Below, piece by piece: positions 59,677-64,000 of a stretch of 64,000 bases of DNA. The translations under genes and the position numbers were made by a program. Every line of letters begins with the position of its first letter. Position 1 is the first letter of the stretch. The stretch is from Halobacteriales archaeon (GTDB lineage: Archaea; Halobacteriota; Halobacteria; Halobacteriales; Hikarchaeaceae): contig JAKURE010000002.1 of NCBI GenBank assembly GCA_022450005.1, forward strand, positions 892 through 64,891. The letters run 5' to 3'. Below the pieces are notes generated by a model that made no database searches, was not told the origin of the DNA, and worked only from the letters and a program-made list of their open reading frames with translations.

Positions 59677-61593
59677 CTACGCCGCTGCAAACAAGAACAA
59701 AAGTATGCTCATTGAAATGGTCGCAATTATCATTGCAGCCGTGAGTGCCCCACCCATTGAAATCATAGCATTAGCGTGACTTGCTAGAGTTTCTGTCATA
59801 TCATTCCCAAATACAGTCACTGTTGTTTTTCTAGATGCCATCCCTGCCACAACTGACTCGCAATCTTCTTTTGCCTCTTTTATTAACTCTTGGATCTTAC
59901 CAATCAATTCATTATGGGGGATCCTTTGTCCCACTTGATTCACGGCATTGATAGTATTCACAATATGTGTATCTGTCGTGATGATTTCAATCACGTCTAC
60001 CAATTCATTTTCTTCTACAATTCTATCCCTTAATCCCGGATCCATATTGTTCCCATCGATCTGAACATATGCCGTTTCTTGATCACCCACTTTTATCACT
60101 GCCACTCGTATTCCCAACGGTCCCATTCCCTCTTCCAATCCCCATTTCGTTTTATCCCATGCTATCCCCAGTTCAAACGAATGTTGGTTTTCTTGAACCA
60201 ATTGTTTGCCCACTTGCTTAGCAGCTTCAAATAAATCAAATGATCTTTGACTACCCGGAGTTACATGTCCTATCTCGCCACCCCTAGTGCCATTATTACA
60301 ATTATGTGCATCAATCAACATGACATTTCTTAAACCCTGCCCTCTGGCTTCTGCCATGGCGGATAACCCGACTGCATAGTCTATGTCATCTGCACACCCC
60401 GGAGAGTATGTTACTATCAACATAGCACTATCTCCGAACATCTGCCCAACTATCTCCGCTTCACCAACTCTACTCCGCACACTCATAGTCGCACTTTCAT
60501 ATAACTCCACATCCTCTGTCGCCCGTTTTACCACTGATAATATTGAATCCACTTCCCGAGCAGTGGTCAGATTAAAATCATGCCCAGCAGTCGCGTGAGG
60601 TGTGAATGCCATCCCCTCTGTATCTCTGGCAAGACTTTCTGGAAGGTTCCCCCCTCCAATTGTCCCCATAGGACCTGGATGGAGCATAGGCAGAGAAAAA
60701 CAAGCTTTTTGTTTCCCTCTCAAATCTCTATAAGACATCACCGTGACAGGAATTACTGCCGATTCTCCTATGCTTTCAAAGAAATCTTCCAATCCTCTAG
60801 AATCCTCTGCAATGTAGTCTATGAAACCTCTAATAAAATCGAAACCAGATACACCCAGTGTCTTACGCCAAGGTCTGTCTATAATTACAATTAATCCCCA
60901 TACTCCTAGTGCGTATATTATACTCATCCCTACAAGTAATAGCAATTCCCCCTGTATCCCCACTGATATTATTTCTGTAATTCCATCCTTTGGACCCATG
61001 GCATACGATTGAAAATATAACTTACCAGATCCTGAACCTATCAATAGATCTGGACCCACTCTATTTTTCACCACTTGCGACTGCGCAACAGCATAAATAG
61101 CAGCAGCAGTCACCGTCTGAATACTCGCAGGTATACTTGCAATAAGCGGGTTTTTATGCGATATCGCCATTACAATTGCTAATCTAAATGCAAATATAAT
61201 TGCAAGGGATGCTATCAATACCACATATACAACACTTTCAATATTAAATAGAAGATCTACCACCTTCGCAAATAATAAACACACAACAACAATGATTTCA
61301 CAAACCAATGCTAGTAGAGAAGATCTATTGTATGTAATCTTCCCACCTAGTATCCGATCGATCGGAGGTGTGAAGAAACTAGCCAGTAATGTCGGAACTC
61401 CTATGAAAAACACCCCCAAAATCATATTGTCTATGATCGAAGAAAAAATGGTTGTACCCCCCTCCATCGACTGAAAAGCACTGGCCCCTACTACTGCAGC
61501 CAAAGCCAATGAAAAGAAAACGCTAATCTGCCAATTTGGGGATTTAAACACATATCTAGATAAATCTGAAAGATTACTTTGGGATGTTGTCAT
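59677..61593 (-). CDS. DUF2070-family membrane protein (COG3356-like)
   Basis: 638 aa. About 7 N-terminal TM helices, a large soluble domain (LPMLHPGPMGTIGGGNLPE, TPHATAGHDFNLTT), and one C-terminal TM helix. The family call is from memory of the architecture. Confidence 0.7.
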   Translation of the reverse strand: MTTSQSNLSDLSRYVFKSPNWQISVFFSLALAAVVGASAFQSMEGGTTIFSSIIDNMILGVFFIGVPTLLASFFTPPIDRILGGKITYNRSSLLALVCEIIVVVCLLFAKVVDLLFNIESVVYVVLIASLAIIFAFRLAIVMAISHKNPLIASIPASIQTVTAAAIYAVAQSQVVKNRVGPDLLIGSGSGKLYFQSYAMGPKDGITEIISVGIQGELLLLVGMSIIYALGVWGLIVIIDRPWRKTLGVSGFDFIRGFIDYIAEDSRGLEDFFESIGESAVIPVTVMSYRDLRGKQKACFSLPMLHPGPMGTIGGGNLPESLARDTEGMAFTPHATAGHDFNLTTAREVDSILSVVKRATEDVELYESATMSVRSRVGEAEIVGQMFGDSAMLIVTYSPGCADDIDYAVGLSAMAEARGQGLRNVMLIDAHNCNNGTRGGEIGHVTPGSQRSFDLFEAAKQVGKQLVQENQHSFELGIAWDKTKWGLEEGMGPLGIRVAVIKVGDQETAYVQIDGNNMDPGLRDRIVEENELVDVIEIITTDTHIVNTINAVNQVGQRIPHNELIGKIQELIKEAKEDCESVVAGMASRKTTVTVFGNDMTETLASHANAMISMGGALTAAMIIATISMSILLFLFAAA

Positions 61594-61636
61594 TCGTCAC
61601 TCCATTATATTTGATATTGGAATCATAGCTATTGCA

Positions 61637-62167
61637 TTAATTTCTACTATACCTTTCTCTTGCAGATTCAAATTTAGTCTCATCCATCTCTGCACTTTTT
61701 CTCTCCTCCATCATTTCTAACGCTTTTCTATCTGGTTCCACTTCATCGTTGATTCTAGCTCCTGATTTATGTACTTTTGCATGGCACCATCTACAAAGAA
61801 TCACAATTATTTCGTGGTCCATTTGTTCTCCTCCTCTTGCTCTTCCACTCGCATATGAAAGGTGATGCCTCTCCAATAATGGTCGGCTATCATCATGGGC
61901 ATTCAAATGCTCTTCCAATCCGCAACGGGCACATCTTTTTTCGTTCGCCCTGTACCTAAAGTAAGGGCAATTTTCCCATTTCCATTTTTGTTCTACCACT
62001 GGACACACATAGTCGCCCCTTTCAAGCTCCACTTGGAACGATCCTTCTACATATCTGTTTTCTAGTATCAAACGACAAAGTCCTTCTCCCGTTAGATGGT
62101 CACACTTATCTACATATAGGTAGGGATCATCAACCCCAACCGGAGTTCCTTTAGGTGTCTTTTTCAT
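61637..62167 (-). CDS. Cys-rich protein with a C-terminal HNH-nuclease-like zinc-finger motif
   Basis: CARCG...ERHHLSY...ILCRWCHAKVH follows the CxxC...HH...CxxCH pattern of HNH domains. Additional N-terminal Cys residues are present (DKCDH...GLC, YVCP, NCPYF). 176 aa. Confidence 0.65.
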   Translation of the reverse strand: MKKTPKGTPVGVDDPYLYVDKCDHLTGEGLCRLILENRYVEGSFQVELERGDYVCPVVEQKWKWENCPYFRYRANEKRCARCGLEEHLNAHDDSRPLLERHHLSYASGRARGGEQMDHEIIVILCRWCHAKVHKSGARINDEVEPDRKALEMMEERKSAEMDETKFESARERYSRN

Positions 62168-62282
62168 AAATCCATCTCCATTTTTTTAAACAAATAACTT
62201 TACCTATGACTCTGTTTTTACTTTCCTATATCTATCTGGCTCCTGTAGAAATGCCTCTCCAAGACGACACCGAATGGGGCAA

Positions 62283-62290
62283 TTTAAATA
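62283..62290 (+). promoter_or_regulatory. candidate TATA box upstream of leuA/cimA
   Basis: tttaaata lies about 44 nt upstream of the ATG at 62331. Pattern only. Confidence 0.3.
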
Positions 62291-62330
62291 CCCTCTCCTC
62301 CCCCTGAGTAGTTAGGGCAAACCATGACCC

Positions 62331-63836
62331 ATGATCGATTTATTAGGGAACTTATCCCAACTCAAAGATAATTCCCCCAAAACTATAGAAATCCTAGACA
62401 CCACACTCCGTGATGGAGAGCAGGCGCCAGGAATAGCACTGACCACTGAAGAAAAAGTCTCTATCGCAACCGAACTCGATAACATAGGTGTATCTGTTAT
62501 CGAAGCAGGTAGCGCATGCACTGGCAAAAGCGAACGCGAAGCAATCAAACAAATCGTAGGGCTAGATCTAAGTGCCAAAATAACTAGCTTCGCCCGTGGA
62601 ATTCGATCCGACATCGACGATGCGCTTGATTGCGATGTTGATGGTATCACTCTAGTTGTTCCATCTAGCGACCGTCATGTAACTGACAAAGTTAGAACAA
62701 CTCGAGAAGATGTTATCTCTGATTCTATCTCTCTAATTGATTACGCCAAAGACCACGGCATTTGGTTAGAACTTCTAGGTGAAGACGGAAGCAGGGCCGA
62801 CCTAGATTTCCTAACAGCTTTGATGCAATCCGGAATCGACGCGGGGGCAGATTGGATTTGTTGGGCAGACACTGTTGGATATGCTAGCCCCGAGCAGGCA
62901 CATCTCGCTGTTTCTCAACTATCTAAAATAGGTCCTACAAGTACTCATACCCATGACGATTTAGGCCTCGCAGTTTCTAATGTTTTGGCAAGTATAGCCG
63001 GAGGTGCATTGATGGTACATGCAACAGTAAATGGTATTGGAGAGCGATCTGGAAACGTCGCGATGGAAGAGGTTGCGATCGCCTTACACCATTGCTATGG
63101 CATAGATACGGTCAAGTTAGATGGGTTATTCAACCTCGCACAACTTGTCTCCCGATCAACTGGTGTTTCTCTCCCACCTAATAAAGCTGTAATCGGGGAA
63201 AATGCTTTCACCCATGAAAGTGGCATTCACACTGATGGAATTCTCAAAGACGACCGGATGTATGAACCCTACCCTCCCGAATTAGTTGGTAGAGGGCGCC
63301 GTCTTGCAGTTGGAAAGCATATAGGTAGGGCAGGAGCTAGAGCCGCACTCGAGGAACATGGAATCATTGCTTCAGACAACCAAATTTCTACCATTGTTAA
63401 TCGGGTAAAAGTACTAGCTGAACGTAATAAAAGAGTAACAGACGCCGATTTATTGGCAATAGCAGACGATGTCTGTGGCACTCCCCGAAATCAAAAAATC
63501 ACGCTAGTAGATCTCATCGCCGTCAGTGGTGGGGCGACACCCACTGCAAGCATTCGTCTAACCGTAGATGGAGAAGAACGTTCTTCTTCTGGTATTGGCA
63601 GCGGCCCAGTTGATGCAGCAATTAACGCAGTCAGAGGTGCATTAAACGATTCACGCTTTAGATTGGTCAGTTACCACGTGGACGCTCTGACCGGTGGCAC
63701 CGATGCATTAGTCACTCTTAATGTTGAAGTTGCCAGAGGAGACCGAACCGTTAGTGTGGCTAGCAGTGACGCTGATATAACCCGAGCTAGTGTTTTAGCA
63801 TTGATAGATGGACTAGACCGTTTGATGTTTAATTAA
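62331..63836 (+). CDS. leuA: 2-isopropylmalate synthase / (R)-citramalate synthase family enzyme with a C-terminal LeuA-type regulatory domain
   Basis: ILDTTLRDGEQAPG, HTHDDLGLAVSN, NGIGERSGN and FTHESGIH. The C-terminal ~120 aa has GIGSGPVDAA...VSYHVDALTGGTDALV. LeuA cannot be separated from CimA by eye. Confidence 0.88.
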   Translation: MIDLLGNLSQLKDNSPKTIEILDTTLRDGEQAPGIALTTEEKVSIATELDNIGVSVIEAGSACTGKSEREAIKQIVGLDLSAKITSFARGIRSDIDDALDCDVDGITLVVPSSDRHVTDKVRTTREDVISDSISLIDYAKDHGIWLELLGEDGSRADLDFLTALMQSGIDAGADWICWADTVGYASPEQAHLAVSQLSKIGPTSTHTHDDLGLAVSNVLASIAGGALMVHATVNGIGERSGNVAMEEVAIALHHCYGIDTVKLDGLFNLAQLVSRSTGVSLPPNKAVIGENAFTHESGIHTDGILKDDRMYEPYPPELVGRGRRLAVGKHIGRAGARAALEEHGIIASDNQISTIVNRVKVLAERNKRVTDADLLAIADDVCGTPRNQKITLVDLIAVSGGATPTASIRLTVDGEERSSSGIGSGPVDAAINAVRGALNDSRFRLVSYHVDALTGGTDALVTLNVEVARGDRTVSVASSDADITRASVLALIDGLDRLMFN

Positions 63837-63859
63837 ATTCTATTCCACTAAATCGCATT

Positions 63860-64000
63860 TCACTTTGCAGTGCTTACTATTTTTATAACATCGCCTTCTT
63901 TCAACCCATAATTTTCTGAAATTCTCCTATTCGAACGGGCATCAATGGCATATAGATAACCTTCCCCTATATCTGTGTGAACTTCATAAGCTAAATCTCT
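63860..64000 (-). CDS. DRG/OBG-family GTP-binding protein, C-terminal TGS domain only (the rest lies outside the window)
   Basis: Absent from the ORF track. Minus-strand translation from the window end: [46 protein letters not shown], then a TGA stop at 63862..63860. This is the typical TGS tail of archaeal Drg-type GTPases. Confidence 0.8.
   Translation of the reverse strand, partial: RDLAYEVHTDIGEGYLYAIDARSNRRISENYGLKEGDVIKIVSTAK

Noticed and set aside
62312-62650. 112-aa minus-strand ORF overlapping the leuA start.
   Set aside because: It is antisense to the leuA N-terminal catalytic region (TTLRDGEQAPG). It is Ser-rich with no motifs.
1-64000. Search for CRISPR repeats, IS elements or transposases, integrases, prophage genes, toxin-antitoxin pairs, restriction-modification or other defence genes, and rRNA or tRNA genes.
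   Set aside because: I recognised none by eye. All intergenic gaps are 163 bp or shorter and AT-rich, and the only repeat found is the 2 x 45-bp coding duplication. A computational scan with tRNAscan-SE, Infernal/Rfam and a CRISPR finder would be needed to exclude small ncRNAs formally.

Overview
The window is a dense (about 90% coding), low-GC (roughly 40-45% by eye) stretch of archaeal core chromosome. I found no rRNA, tRNA, CRISPR array, IS element, integrase, or recognisable defence or toxin-antitoxin module.

Archaeal hallmarks present:
- thermosome, membrane LonB, Pth2 and prefoldin beta
- an L37Ae-RpoP pair
- aIF5A, agmatinase and Dph6
- GGGP synthase
- pantoate kinase and phosphopantothenate synthetase
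- the ADH-synthase / DHQ-synthase-II entry to the shikimate pathway
- SMC-ScpA and a type IA topoisomerase

Many proteins are acidic. Several small conserved hypotheticals look Halobacteria-like to me. I therefore suspect a low-GC haloarchaeon (Haloquadratum-like) or a Halobacteria-related uncultured lineage, but this cannot be settled without searches.

Genes the ORF track misses or misrepresents:
- carB, truncated at the window start (1..3074, minus strand)
- a 44-codon rpoP with a GTG start (59083..59217)
- the C-terminal end of a DRG/OBG-type GTPase at the window end (63860..64000, minus strand)
- a DUF1405 gene split by one in-frame TGA (8892..8894)
- several N-terminal over-extensions caused by alternative start codons (pth2, dcd, aIF5A and others)

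I do not see a convincing new biological system. The observations most worth a second look:
- the TGA-interrupted DUF1405 gene
- a split, heteromeric-type cis-prenyltransferase pair next to an extended DUF92 membrane protein
- a pyruvate kinase whose C-terminal PEP-utilizer swivel domain has Tyr where PpsA has the phospho-His, within a ppsA-metG-pyk cluster
- a trpC-trpB-trpA-aroA'-aroB' run with 4-nt overlaps
- several tight pairs of uncharacterised conserved genes: DUF371 with a radical-SAM/HhH protein, TRAM with YkgJ, and an HNH-like Cys-rich protein with DUF2070

All family assignments come from reading motifs in the translations. No database search was run.
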